Positions 37,464-49,822 of a stretch of 64,000 bases of DNA are shown here, one piece after another. Under the pieces are notes generated by a model. It was not told the origin of the DNA, made no database searches, and was given only the letters and a program-made list of their open reading frames with translations. The stretch is from assembly GCA_013265495.1 (NCBI GenBank), contig MU061578.1, forward strand, positions 3,545,308-3,609,307, read 5' to 3'. Each line of letters starts with the position of its first letter. Within the stretch, counting starts at the first letter, position 1. The position numbers and the translations under genes are program-made. This DNA comes from Vicugna vicugna. Lineage: Eukaryota.

Positions 37464-40400
37464 CCAGGTTTTTCTGATCAAGATGACGGAGTAGCAGGAC
37501 CACGAGCTCGCCTCTCCTCAAGACTACAGCAAAACCACAACTGACTGCTAAACAACCATCGGAGACTAGAACCTAGCAAAAAAGATCTTCAACTGGAAAT
37601 ATAGAGGGAACCACAGTGGGACGGTAGGAGGGGTGTGCTCGCAATATAATCGGGCCCCATACCCCTCAGGGGGAGTGACCCACAAGCTGAAAAATAACTG
37701 AGTCGCAGAGGCCCTCCCACAGCAGTGAGAGCTCTGAGCCCCACATCAGGCTCCCCAGCCCAGGGTTCCGGCAGTGGGAGGAGGAGACCCCAGGACATCT
37801 GGTTTTGAAGGCCAGCAGGGCTTAACTCCAGAAGCCCCATGGGACTGGGAAACAGAGACCTCATTCTCTTGTGAAGTGTACACGGAATCTCACGTGCAGC
37901 AGGTCTAAGGGCAGAGGCAGTGATTCATAGGAACCTGAGCCAGACCTGCCTGCTGGTTTTGGAGAGTTTCCTGGGGACGTAGCGGGTGGCTGCAGCTCAC
38001 TCGGGACATAAAAGCTGGTGGTGGACATTCCGGGAGTGTTCATCTACACGAGCTTTCCTGGAGGTTGACATCTTGATTGGGTCATTAGCACCAAGACCCA
38101 GCCCCACCCAACAGCCAATATGGAAGCCTCAGGCCAAACACCATACAGGGTGGGAACACAGCCTGCCAGAGGTCCAGGACCAAGCTCCACCCCACAGTGG
38201 GCAGGCACCAGCTCCTCCTGCCAGAAAATCTGCATAAGCCTCTAGTCCAGCCCCATCCACCAGGGGGCAGATACCAGAAATAAGAAAACAACAATCCCAA
38301 AGCCTGTGGAAGGAATCCACACAACACAGGCCAGGCTCTACACTGGGACTGGCTGGACTTGGCCCATGGGTGACAAGAGAGGAGTGTACTGCTGGGACGC
38401 ATAGGGCATCTCCCACAGAAGGCCACCTCTCTAAGGTCAAGAAATGTAACTAACCTACCTAAAAATACAAACAGAAATATAGACAATATGAGGCGGCAGA
38501 GGAATATCTTCCAGGCTAAGGCACAAGATAAAATCCCAGAAGAAATAAGTGATGAGGAGACAGGCAATTCATCTGATAAAGAGGTTAGAGTGATGATGGT
38601 GAAGATGTTCAGAAAACTCAAGACGAGTACAGATGCACAGAGCAAAGTTTTTAACAAAGAGTTGGAAAATATAAAGAATACCCAAACAGAGAAAACAACA
38701 ATCCCAAAGCCTGTGGAAGGAATCCACACAACACAGGCCAGGCTCTACACTGGGACTGGCTGGACTTGGCCCATGGGTGACAAGAGAGGAGTGTACTGCT
38801 GGGACGCATAGGGCATCTCCCACAGAAGGCCACCTCTCTAAGGTCAAGAAATGTAACTAACCTACCTAAAAATACAAACAGAAATATAGACAATATGAGG
38901 CGGCAGAGGAATATCTTCCAGGCTAAGGCACAAGATAAAATCCCAGAAGAAATAAGTGATGAGGAGACAGGCAATTCATCTGATAAAGAGGTTAGAGTGA
39001 TGATGGTGAAGATGTTCAGAAAACTCAAGACGAGTACAGATGCACAGAGCAAAGTTTTTAACAAAGAGTTGGAAAATATAAAGAATACCCAAACAGAGCT
39101 GAAGAATAAAATTACTGAAATAAATAACACACTAGAAGGAAGCAAGAATAAAGAGACTAAATGAGGCAGAAGAATGGATCAGTGAGCTAGAAGACCGATT
39201 AGTGGAAATCACTACTGCAGAACAGAAAAAAGAATGAAAAGAAATGAGGATAGTTTAAGAGAGCTCTGGGACAACATGAAGCGCATTAATGTTCACATTA
39301 TAGGGGTCCCAGAAAGAGAAGAGAGAGAAAGGACCTGAAAAAATTTTTGGAGAGATTATTACTGAAAACTTCCCTAACTTGGGAGAGGAAACAGTCACCC
39401 ACGTCTAGGAAGCACAGAGAGTTCCACACAGGATCAACCCAAAGAGGAGCACACCAAGGCACATAGGAACCAAACTGATAAAAACTAAGAATAAGGAGAA
39501 AATATTAAAATTAGCAAGAGAAAAGCAACAAATAACACACAAGGGAACTCCCATAAGATTATCAGCTGAATTTTCAGCAGAAACTCTACAGGCCACAAGG
39601 GAGTGGCATGATTTATCTGAAGTGATGAAAGGGAAAAACTTACAACCAAGAATATTCTGTCCAGCAAGGCTCTCGTTCAGACTTGATGGAGAAATAAAAA
39701 ACTTCACAGATAAACTAAAGCTAAAAGATTTCAGCACCACCAAACTAGCTTTACAACAAATGTTAAAGGAACTTCTCTAGTCATCAAACTACAAGAGAAG
39801 AGAACAAAATGAAGAGAAAAAAAAAAGGCCTACAAAAGATTGCTTTGGCAATTTGGGGTCTTTTATGGTTCCATATAAATTTTGGAATTGTTTGTTCTAG
39901 TTCTGTGAAAAATGTTGTATTTTGACAGAGGTTGCATTGGATCTGTAGACTGCTTTGGGTAATATGGTCATTTTGATAATGTTGATTCTTCTAATCCAAG
40001 AGTGTAAGATATCTTTCCATTTCTTTGTATCATCTTCAATCTCCTTCATCAATGTTTTAGTTTTCAGAGTATAGGGTAACCTCCTTGGTTAAGTTTATTT
40101 CTAGATATGTTGTTGTTTTTGATGCAATGGAAATGTTTATGCCGGCCATAAAATTCTGGCTTTTGAAGTGAAAAAAAAAAAAGTGAATGAAGGGCCACAA
40201 ATGGCAAAATATCCTTTTTTATGGGTGAGTTGTATTCCATTGCATATATATGCTACGTTTTCTTTATCCATTCATCTATTGATGTGCACTTGGGCTGCTT
40301 CCATATCCTGGCAATTATAAATAATACTGCTGTTAATAGTGGGGTGTATGTATCTTTTTGAATTAATGATTTTGTTCCTGGCTATATGCCCATGAGTGGA

Positions 40401-41192
40401 ATTGATGGGCCATATGGTGGTTCTGTTTTGGGTTTTTTGAGAAACCTCCATATTGTTTTCCATGATGGCTGCACCAATTTACATCCCACCAACAGTGTAC
40501 AAGGGTTCCCTTTTCCCTACACCCTTGCCAACATTTGTTCTTTGCGTTCTTTTTGAGGATGGCCATTCTGACAGGTGTGAGATGGTGTCTCATTGTGATT
40601 GATTTGTATTTCCCTGATATTAGTGATGTTGAGCAACTTTTCATGTTCCTGTTGGCCATTTGCATTTCCTCTTTTGGAAAAATGTCTGTTCAGTTCTTCT
40701 GCCCATATTTTAAGAGGGTTGGTTGTTTGCTTTTTCATTGAAGTACAGTTGATTTGAAATGTACTCGTTTCTAGTGTATGGCACGGATGGACTTAGAGGG
40801 CATTATGCTAAGTGAAATAAGTCAGAGAAAGACAAATACTGTAAGGTATCACTTACATGTGGAACCTAAAAAAATATAACAAACTAGTGAATATAAGAAA
40901 AAAGAAGCAGACTCACAGATGTAGAGAAGGAACTAGTGGTCACCAGTGGGGAGAGGGGAGGGGGAGGGGCAAGATGGAGGTGGAGGAGTAAGAGGTACAA
41001 ATTATCAGGTATAAAATAAACTACAAGGATGTATTGTACACCATGGGGAATATGGCCAATATTTTATAGTAACTATAAATGGAGTGTAACCTTTAAAAAT
41101 TGTGAATCACTATACTGTATACCTGTAACATATAATACTGTATATCAACTATAATTTAAAAATATGATATTGTGAAATAAACACATAAAAAA
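37464..41192 (+). mobile_element. LINE-1 insertion in LMF1 intron 6: 5'UTR, degraded ORF1, inverted ORF2 pieces, 3' end and poly-A
   Basis: Exact 13-bp TSD aaaagaataagac at 37451-37463 and 41193-41205. The 5' end 'tcaagatgacggag' is typical of an L1 start. ORF1-like MRRQRNIFQAKAQDK... runs with interruptions to TAG at about 39780. Antisense ORF2 text lies at about 39838-40780, and a sense 3'UTR at about 40783-41192 ends in aataaa plus an A-run. Confidence 0.92.
38283..39096 (+). repeat. Tandem duplication, 2 x 407 bp, no differences seen
   Basis: 38283-38689 equals 38690-39096 by eye. The identical ORF starts at 38488 and 38895 are 407 apart. There is 2-bp AG microhomology at the junction. 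Confidence 0.95.
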
Positions 41193-43989
41193 AAAAGAAT
41201 AAGACTGGAAGGAGCCAACAGCCCTGGCAGCAGAGCAGCTGTCTCACTGCCCAGGTCCCTCGGCTGGCACAGCTGCAGGGCCCAGAGAGCTCATGACCGA
41301 CCAGAGCCACATCGGGGCATCAAGGCATGAGGCGAGACACAGCTGACATCCCAGCCCCTTGATTTCTGGTTTTCAATTAAAGCTGGGTCTTGATCCCAGC
41401 GACAGGGAGAAGGTGAGGTCACAGACACCGACCTAATGGGGGTCTGGCGGGAGGAGCAGGGTTTTCGATGGGTCGTGTCAGTTTCACGGATTACGATGGG
41501 TTTTATGATGTGTGATGTGAGATGCTATGGATTCATGGCTCTCCCTGGATTAACTTGGAAAACTACTTTTCCTGCTTCTGAGCCTCAAAATAATTTCTCA
41601 TTCTTCACTGTCTATGATGTTAACAAATCGCTGGGCTGGCGGTCTCTCCCACAGTCCCCACCGGCCCGCTGGGCCCTGGCCTCTGGTCTGGAGCTGACTG
41701 GGCTGCTTGCGGCTGACAGGCTTCGCCCTGAAGTTTGCCGAGAGCTGCTGGCTCCCGACAGTCTGGGAGTGTGGTGCCGCCAGTGGGGGCAGCTCAGAGC
41801 CCCCACCCTCCAATTCTCATCTCCCAGACCAAGATTCTGATGCTCCACTAGCTCCTTCAGCTGTGTCAGCAAGTGGCTTGAGGGGGACAGTCACTGAAGC
41901 TTGGCTGCCTCCTTGTGCCCCTCTTGACACCTCTGACAACTGCTTTTTGCTTGGTGAGCGGGCTGGTCAGCTGCAAGGGGTCCCCTCTCTCTGTGGCCCA
42001 GTTGTGCAGCTGTGGCCACTGAGATCAAGAGTGAGAGCTGGCTGCTCCTCAGAGGGCCTGCCATCCTGGTGTAGCTGTCGGGCCACGAGGGTGCCCAGAA
42101 CACCGCCCTCGAGTGCTCGTCTCTTGGATGAGATGGTGGCCAAAGCAGAGGAGAAGACACCTAGACCCCTGGCCTGGGGGTTCCTGTGAATACACGGCAG
42201 GAGTGTGGTTGAGGAGGACGCCCAGCCCTTACCTGCGTCCACAGCCCTTGCTTGGGGCGGCGTGCAGAGACCAGCCCACCTGGTCGCCCATCACACGGCC
42301 CCCTCAGGGCTGGTCTGCACGCAAGCCCTGCAGGCAGCTGACGGGCACCCAGGAGCCGCCCTCTTGGCCTGTGAAGACATGTCCTCTGTAGCCGCCAGCA
42401 CCCACCTGCTCCCTGGGATTGGTCTGGGCTGCATACTCGCTCCACCAACACTCTAACCACTGGAGACACAGCCACCATCATGGTGCAGAGCAAGGCAGCC
42501 GGGGCTTCCCAGGGGAGCCCACCTGCCCGAGGTCACCCCAGATGGCCCGCTTGCCAACTGCTCCAGGTGTAGCGAGTGCAGCCTTCACCCCCTTCCGGCC
42601 ACTCGCAGGCTCTGAAGATCCCAGAGGCATCCAGAGAAACCCAGGGAAGACGCTGCTAATTTGAAGGACCTTGATCAGCAAAGAGCATCTATTCATCTAT
42701 ACCCTCGTATGTAACATGTACAACATAAAAACCCTACCAGGTGAAAAGCAGAATGGACGAGGCTGAAGTCTGAATTCGTGATTTGGAAGACTGACTTGAG
42801 AAATCCTTTCAGAATGAGGTGCAGAAACAGGAGAAGCTTTGAGGAAATGATACAGATCAGCAGATTCAATGGCTTCACAGTCGACTTCCCAGGACCAGGA
42901 TGATGTAAAAAACAGAATCAATACTCTCGGGGCAGAAGGAGGCCTGGGCCTTGAGGGACAAGGGGTGCAGGACCGGTCACCAGAGCAAGACCCAGGTCCA
43001 CACATGTTCTGGCTGATTCTCGTTTTTAAGGATGAATCAGACGTGAAACAATATAAGCATTTAGACTGAAAAATGTAAAAATGAGAAAAGGGAAGTGAGG
43101 GAAGATGGCCCAGGGAGCGCTGAGCCTCGCCTGGTGGGGGGGTCACCTGCCTGCTGAGCTCCTAGACCCCCACAGTGGTCGCCACTCACCTCTGCAAGCA
43201 TGAGGACGACAAGGACGCAGCCACTGGCCTGGCTTCCAACCAAGAGCTGAGCTGAGCCTGAGGGCTGGTGTGGCCCCAGCACTGGCCGCCCCCACCCAGC
43301 ATAAGGACCGAGAGCGAGGCCAGGGACAACCGCCCGGGGCCATTTGCTCCCGCATCTCGACCCCCTAGGCGCACACTCCCTCCTGCTCCGCCAAGACTGC
43401 ACTGAGCGAGGGGGCTGGCCTGTCCCCGCCGTCCTCCTTTACCCTTGAGAAGCAGGACTAGCACTCAGGGCCCGGGTCCATGGCCATCTTGCTGCACTGC
43501 TCAGTGGCCCCAGGTTGCTCCGACATTAGGCTGAAACTTCACCAGTGACTTCTGCTTTAGGTCAAAAGGGAGACAGTGGGGCTGGACCCTTCACACAAAG
43601 AACTGGACGTCAAACAGACAAAGCAAGTGTCTGAGACCCGGCTGTGGGCACTGCAGGGCCTGACTCAGAGGGGGACCCCAGGAGGGAGAGCAGGGGGCAG
43701 AGCCTGAAGCTGGGAAGTTGAGGGGCACAGAGAAGGCGGTGCACAAAACTAGGAGCTGTGGGTCCCTGTAGCCACTGAGCTCGCAGCCCCGGGGCCTCCG
43801 AGAGGCCAGGGAGAACATGACTGGAGGCCAGGTCTCCACACAGGTCTGGAAGACCTTCGAGTTTCACAAACCCATGTGGAGAGCCAGGCATGCAGCAGAG
43901 CCTGTGAGGCCCAGACCTGCGAGGCAACCCCTGTAGGGACAGTGCGTTTAGACCTGCCCAGGAGGGTCTGTGCAAGTCAGTTAGCTGCC

Positions 43990-44600
43990 GTCAGAGTCCA
44001 GCACGCAACCAAAAGTTAACAGACACGAAACTGGTAGTAAACAGCCTGCAAGACACAGGCAGAGACAAAATAGGCTGGCAGGAAAATTCAGAAAGCAGGA
44101 TGTCTAGTAAATAAAGACGTTAAATCTGTCAAAAACTAAGGGATTTAAAAGCAAATGTGGTCATTAGTAAGAGAAATATGAAAACTACAAAGAAGAACCA
44201 GGCAGTAACTGGAGTGTTAAAAGGTAACACACGACGTGGACAGGCTTTCTAAAATTACTGCCCCTATAGAGGAAAGTCAGCAAATGTGAGGCCAGAACAA
44301 CAGGCACTTTGTAAAGTGAAGCCCAGGGAGAGGCAGTGCGGAGCAGAGCCGGGTGCCCCCAGGGCCGGGGGGAGAGCCGGCACCAGTCTCACAGACGTGC
44401 GGTTTAAGCCCCAGGAAGGGAAGGGTGGCAGAAACAACATGAAGAAAATTCTCCTCATTGATGAAAACTAAACTCACAGATCAAAGAGCCCAAGAAACCA
44501 TGAATAGGATAAATGCAAAGAAAGCCACACCCAAGGCACATCCCGTTAGACTGCTGAAAATCAGTGAAAAAGGAAAATCGTAGAAGTGGCCAGAGGGGGG
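43990..44600 (+). mobile_element. Highly diverged LINE-1 ORF1-region fragment
   Basis: A-rich block with 'aaattctcctcattgatgaaaactaaactcacagatcaaagagcccaagaaaccatgaataggataaatgcaaagaaagccacacccaaggcacatc', resembling the L1 ORF1 C-terminal region. Confidence 0.55.
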
Positions 44601-45460
44601 AAAGTCGCAGACAGAGGAGCGGGGGTCAGGGTCCTGTGAGTCGCCGGCAGAGCCGCTGCCGGGCAGCGACCACAGGCAGCTGAAGGGAAGGCATCCATCA
44701 GCAGCCCCTGCTAAGCAGTGTTAAAAACAAATGAAATGTTCTTCCAGCAGAAAGAACTGGATGCACACAGGTCAGGGCATTGGAAACTGTAAACATGGGG
44801 ATGGAGAGCGTTAAACAGACAGCTGACTTTAAGTAAAGAGCAGTTATGTGTCATGGCTGCAGCTGCTGGAGTGACGGCTGTGAAGATTTAACAGCCTGCG
44901 AGGACCTGTGGTTGCAGACAGGCACATGAGCTTGTGGCAGCAAGACCCCACGTGGGACCCCAGGGGCCCACGGGGGCCTTTCCTTCTCTTGTATCTGTTC
45001 CAAACCAGTTATTTTCCACTCAAAACAAGAAATGCCATCGGGGGACTCTTGGCACCTCTGGACCCATGAGGGCCACACCCTGGGGTGTGGAAGCAAGGCT
45101 CCTACAGTGATGACGCCACACAGGCTCCCCTGGCTTTGGTTAGGACCCTGCTGTCTTGCTGGCTGTAACCCGAGCCTTCCTGGAGGGACAGATGCCCAGG
45201 CCACAACCCCATCTACCCATGGTAAACAGGGGGTGGCACACCCGGCCAGGGCCCTTGCGGGGCCGAGGCAGAGCCCCAGGGGAGGGGCCAGGTGGCTCAA
45301 CACAGGTAGGGCTGGGACTCTGTGCTTTCCTGAAGGGGCTTCTTGGCCAAGCAGCCGCCCCCTCCCCACCCCTTCAACCCGCAGCCCTGATGCTCCAGCC
45401 AGTACTGCAGTGGGGGCAGCACAGCCTGGGCGAGATGCAGCCTGGTCAGCCTTCTGTTGT

Positions 45461-46020
45461 GTGATGGGCACCTAGCCCTAAGTACGGAATACTGTGACCA
45501 CTACGGACGACACTGTGATGTGACCCTATTTTCCCAACCACACATTAAATACCACACTTGCTCAACACAGACACTTTCTGAAACTCGGCTCCTACCTAAG
45601 GAGGCCGCGTGACTAACCTGTAGCCTCACCTCACGGGCATGTGCACTGTCCTGGCCTCATACCCACACACATGGCCCCATCCTCTAAGGAAGTAGCCTCG
45701 AAACACATACATGTTCTTCTGCCGTATTCAGGCCACGTCTGTAACAGCACGTGCTGCGGGAACGTCTTCAGTTCCGCTCTATCAACATGCGCGTGTCTGT
45801 CTCCTGCAGCCTCAGTGACAGGACTGCTCGTACTGTCTTGTACCCGTTTGGAAGTACTGGTTGTCGCCGGCTCAGCGTTGTTTCCCTATACTCGATCCTG
45901 TCCCAGTAACCCTGTTATAATCAGGCACTACCAGCCTAGGAGGTGATAAAGCTAAAGGAAATCTGTAAAACGTGATTTTGCTCACATAAAGGCATCAGGA
46001 GAGATTTTTTTGTCCATCAC
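45461..46020. mobile_element. Candidate hAT-like non-autonomous DNA element
   Basis: Ends gtgatgggca / tgtccatcac form a 10-bp inverted repeat with one mismatch. Flanks tctgttgt / gctggtgt resemble a degenerate 8-bp TSD. Interior composition differs from the flanks. Confidence 0.45.
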
Positions 46021-47211
46021 GCTGGTGTCTTCATCAGAGGGAGGCCCTGGAGGGCGGTGGGAGGATGTGCAGTGAGGGTGGCACCCCAGGCCCTGGAGAG
46101 GCAGCTGCAGATGCCTCAGAGGGAAGGGATGGGCTTCTCCCCTGCTGGGCTCTAAGCTCCCACAGCCTCACAAAGGACACGCATGCTCGCAGGCAACTTT
46201 CTGCGGCCAGGAGCCTGGGGGCGGTTAGCCTGTGACCCAACTTTGGATAGGCCCCTTAGGGCCTGGTGGAGGCAGCTGTAGTGATGGCGCCCACAGTGAT
46301 GACTCCTGGACTCTGTGATGTCACAGAGCTAGAAAGATCAGGACGTGGTGGGAGGCGAGGGAGGGGAGCCTGGGATTTGAGCTGCGTCTCTGGACCGACT
46401 GAAAGGCACGGCCTGGGAGTGCCCTGTCCACACTGGGACAAGGTCCAGCCGAGCTCCGACCACTGCCCCCCTAGGGTTCCTTCTCGGCGTTAAAGTGAGG
46501 GTCCAGGCAGCGGCGCTGAGCCTCTCCAAGTAGACGATGGCTGCCTCCAGAGGCCGTGCAGAACCTTCCGGAACAGCTGTGCAAACTGAGAGTGGGAGGG
46601 GGTGCGTGTGCTCACATCCGCAGCCCTCTCCTGAAGAGTGGGCGGGAACAAACAGAACCAGGGACCCTTGGGGTCGTGGATGCAGAGACGGGCACGCAGC
46701 GAGGTGTCCTGAGGAGACCCACGTGCCCCCATGCTGCCTGCAAGGGGCCACTGGCCCTCTCGGCTCTGGGCAGCTGAGACCTGGCCCGTGGGGGCATCAG
46801 ACCTGGCCTCAGATAAGAGCCGCAGCCCGAGGCTGTGTCCTGCCTTGTCCTGGGCATGGTGTGGGTGGGGGAGGGTGGCGCCAGGGACACGCCTGGACCG
46901 GGGCTCCCAAGGCGCTGGGGGACAGAAGGTGAGTGTGTGGCCGGCCTTCGGGAATAATGTACGGGGCTGCAGGTTGGCAACAAGGCCTTCCGAGGTCCAG
47001 CTCTGGCCTCCCTGCCGGGTGTTCCTGTGCCACCACTGTCCATTGGGCAGCAGATCCAGAACCAGGTCAAGACCCAGCCATGTGGCCTAAGCTGCTGGGC
47101 GCTATCTACACTGGAGCCCTGGGCGGGTCGCGTTAGCTGGTCCTCGTTCTGAAGCACCATGAGACTTGTGCCAAATGCACTGGGAACAAAGCAGGGCATT
47201 TCGAGGCTGCT

Positions 47212-47227
47212 GGGTCAAAGGTCAATA
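47212..47227 (+). promoter_or_regulatory. Consensus DR1 nuclear receptor element overlapping a forkhead-type site
   Basis: GGGTCA-A-AGGTCA at 47212-47224. GTCAATA (reverse complement TATTGAC) at 47221-47227. Motif match only. Confidence 0.45.
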
Positions 47228-47914
47228 TAAATTCTTCTCAAATCCTATTTTCAAGCAGCTGAACCCTTCCACTTGCAGTAGTAACTCAAACTTCCTTCAG
47301 TTATTTTTTCAAGTGATCTGACAATTTGCTTTTTTTTGGCACTTGCCAAAGCCAGGCTTCGGATTATTTGGAGAGAAAGCAGTAGGCAGAAACTGTCAGA
47401 GCAGCCTGGGGGTGCCTGGAGGGTCCCTGTAGGCTCGGTTGAGTTTACAGCCCTGAGAGGGTCCCCGTGGTGCAAGGCTTGTAAAAGCAGCTGAAGCAGC
47501 AACTAATTAACTCCCCGCAGCCTTGAGAGTGACCCTTGGTCACCGTGGTGACCACGAAGTCTGGGCAAACCCGAATTCCTGCTGAGGCTGTGCCAGGCAG
47601 GTTCTCAGAGTAGCCTCAGGAACCGGACCCGAGTTCTCCATTGGCAGAGGAGGGCAGAGCCAGTGGGCTGGGCATCCTGTGACAGTGAAGGGAGGGCCAG
47701 CATGAGGTGCCCACAGTGGTAGACATATGCAAGGATGCTAAAGCCTCTGCCTGGAGCCTCCTCCCACCAGCTTGGGACAATGTAGCCTCTGGGTAAACTG
47801 TGCAGGTGGGGGCAGGCAGAGTGCCCCAGCCTCTTGGGTGTGTCCCTCATCAGAGGCTGTTGGGAGCAAGGGTCTCCAGCCAGCCAGGGTTCTGCATTCC
47901 AGCCAAATCCCGAT

Positions 47915-48470
47915 AGTTTATGGATAAACTGTGGCACATCCAGACAATGGAACAACTTTCAGCAATAAAAAGAAATGAGCTCTCAACCAAAGGCAAAACA
48001 TGAGGAACGTCAAATGCATATCACTAAGTAAAGAAGCCAATCTGAGAAGACTATACTCTGGATGATTCCAACTATATGACATTCAAGAAAAGGCAAAACT
48101 ATGGAGACAGTGAACGGATCAGTGGTTGCCAGGGGTTGGAGAGGGAGGGATGAATCTGGGGAGCATGGAGGATTTTTAGGGCACTGAAATAAGTCCATAA
48201 GAGATTATGGTGGACATGCCGTCATACATTTGTCCAAACCCACAGAATAAACCACACCAGCGTGAACCTTATGTAAACTGTGGCCTTTAGTTAATAATAA
48301 AGAAGCGATATTGGCTCCTTAGTTGTAATAAATGTATCACACTAATGTAAGATGTTCATGACGGGGAAACTGTGTGTGTGGCAGTAGGAAGGATATGGGA
48401 ACCTTCCATACCCTCTGCTCAGTCTTTCTGTAAATCCAAATTGTTCTTAAAAAGGTCTATGAATTTTAAA
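47915..48470 (+). mobile_element. LINE-1 (L1MC-type) 3' end fragment
   Basis: 'tggataaactgtggcacatccagacaatggaa', 'aaagaagccaatctgagaagactatactctggatgattccaactatatgacattc', 'gtgaaccttatgtaaactgtgg', 'tctgtaaatccaaattgttcttaaaaagg'. Confidence 0.85.
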
Positions 48471-48479
48471 CAAAACAGG

Positions 48480-49420
48480 GCTTAAAATACTGGCAGTGAA
48501 AGCAGGTGAGTAGGTAGGGGGAAACAGTCAAAGCACCTTGAGGCCACAGGGCCATCTTGGTGGCAAGGAGGGGATTAAACTTAAACTTTTAGTTAGTTAA
48601 ATGAGCACGTACTCACCTGAAAGAAACAGGGTGTGTAACTTGCTAATTAGGAGACAGAAAATAAGTGGAAGGAGAAAAACCTCAAAAGGAGGCTAAAAGA
48701 ACAAAAAGAAAACACAAAAATATGGAAATAAAATGCAAATGCACGAACTAAGATACAGTATCCACCCCGCTGGAAAAAGTATCCTGCTCTGTGCCGTCAC
48801 AAGAGGCAACACCGAAGACAAGGACACAAATCCAGACTCTGCAAAACAGGAGATTACTATGACTTGTTTTTTGGTCGCATTTGAAAACAGATGAAATGGA
48901 CAAATCCCCAGGAAAATACTTGTCACTAAAACTGCAAAAGAAATGGAGACTCTGCATGTCCGGCAGCCAGGAGTTTGTCAGTGGCCACAAAGACCCACCA
49001 AGGCTGGGTGGTGAGGCAGGAGCACCAGCTCCGTCCTGTCTGTGAGGGTGAGAGCGAAACCTGGAGCAAAACCAGGAAAGGCCAGTGTGGGACAGAAAAC
49101 TGCAGACGAATCTCACTGATAACCATGAAAAACCAAAACAAAATCGTAGCAAGTTACACCCAGTAACGTATTCAAACATACACAGCAAGACCAAGTTGAT
49201 TTGTCCTAGGATGTAAAACTGGTTCAACATTAGCAATATTAATGTAATTCACTTCACCAAATTAAGGGGAAAAAAGTGATCTCACAAATGATGGAGAAAA
49301 AACCATTTGCTAAAATTCAACACCCATTCATTTGGGATAAAAATATCCCAAACAAAAGAAAACAAAAAACTTCCTAGTAAACTAGAAACAGAAGAGAACT
49401 TGTAGAGGCGGCCACAATAA
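48480..49420 (+). mobile_element. Diverged LINE-1 ORF2 fragments
   Basis: 'gatgaaatggacaaatcccc', 'gaccaagttgatttgtcctaggatgtaaaactggttcaacatt', 'aaaattcaacacccattcat'. Confidence 0.65.
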
Positions 49421-49654
49421 CCAACCAACCAAGAGACAGCCAGGGCCATGAACCAAGGGTCACCCAGTCCTACTGCTGTACCCGCTGCCTGGGACAGCAC
49501 AGCACATGGACTCCCGGACAGCCAGGAACAAAGATGGGGCACCGCTGGGGGGCAACAAGGAACGCTGTAGGTCAAACCGACAAACACAGAGCGTGGGACA
49601 TGGGAACTTAAGATCCCACCCGAGTTTTCCTCGGGAACCGCAGCAGATGCTCAC

Positions 49655-49822
49655 CTGGAACAGGATCTGTAAGGCCCCGTGGAGGACACACATGCGCCGT
49701 CCGAGGAAGACAAAGAAGGGCACCACAAGCTCCAGGAAGTGGTTGCTGAGGGTCTCAAAGCGGTGGAACCACCACGGGGAGCGGTGCAAGAAGTAGGCCA
49801 TGGGGTTGGGCACCGGCTGTGT
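49655..49822 (-). CDS. LMF1: LMF1 coding exon (exon 6 equivalent), 168 bp
   Basis: ttttctcccacag|ACA ... CAG|gtgag. Encodes TQPVPNPMAYFLHRSPWWFHRFETLSNHFLELVVPFFVFLGRRMCVLHGALQILFQ. Confidence 0.97.

Noticed and set aside
38488..39780. L1 ORF1 as an active CDS
   Set aside because: It is split by the duplication and premature stops (for example at about 39162), and ORF2 is largely missing or inverted.
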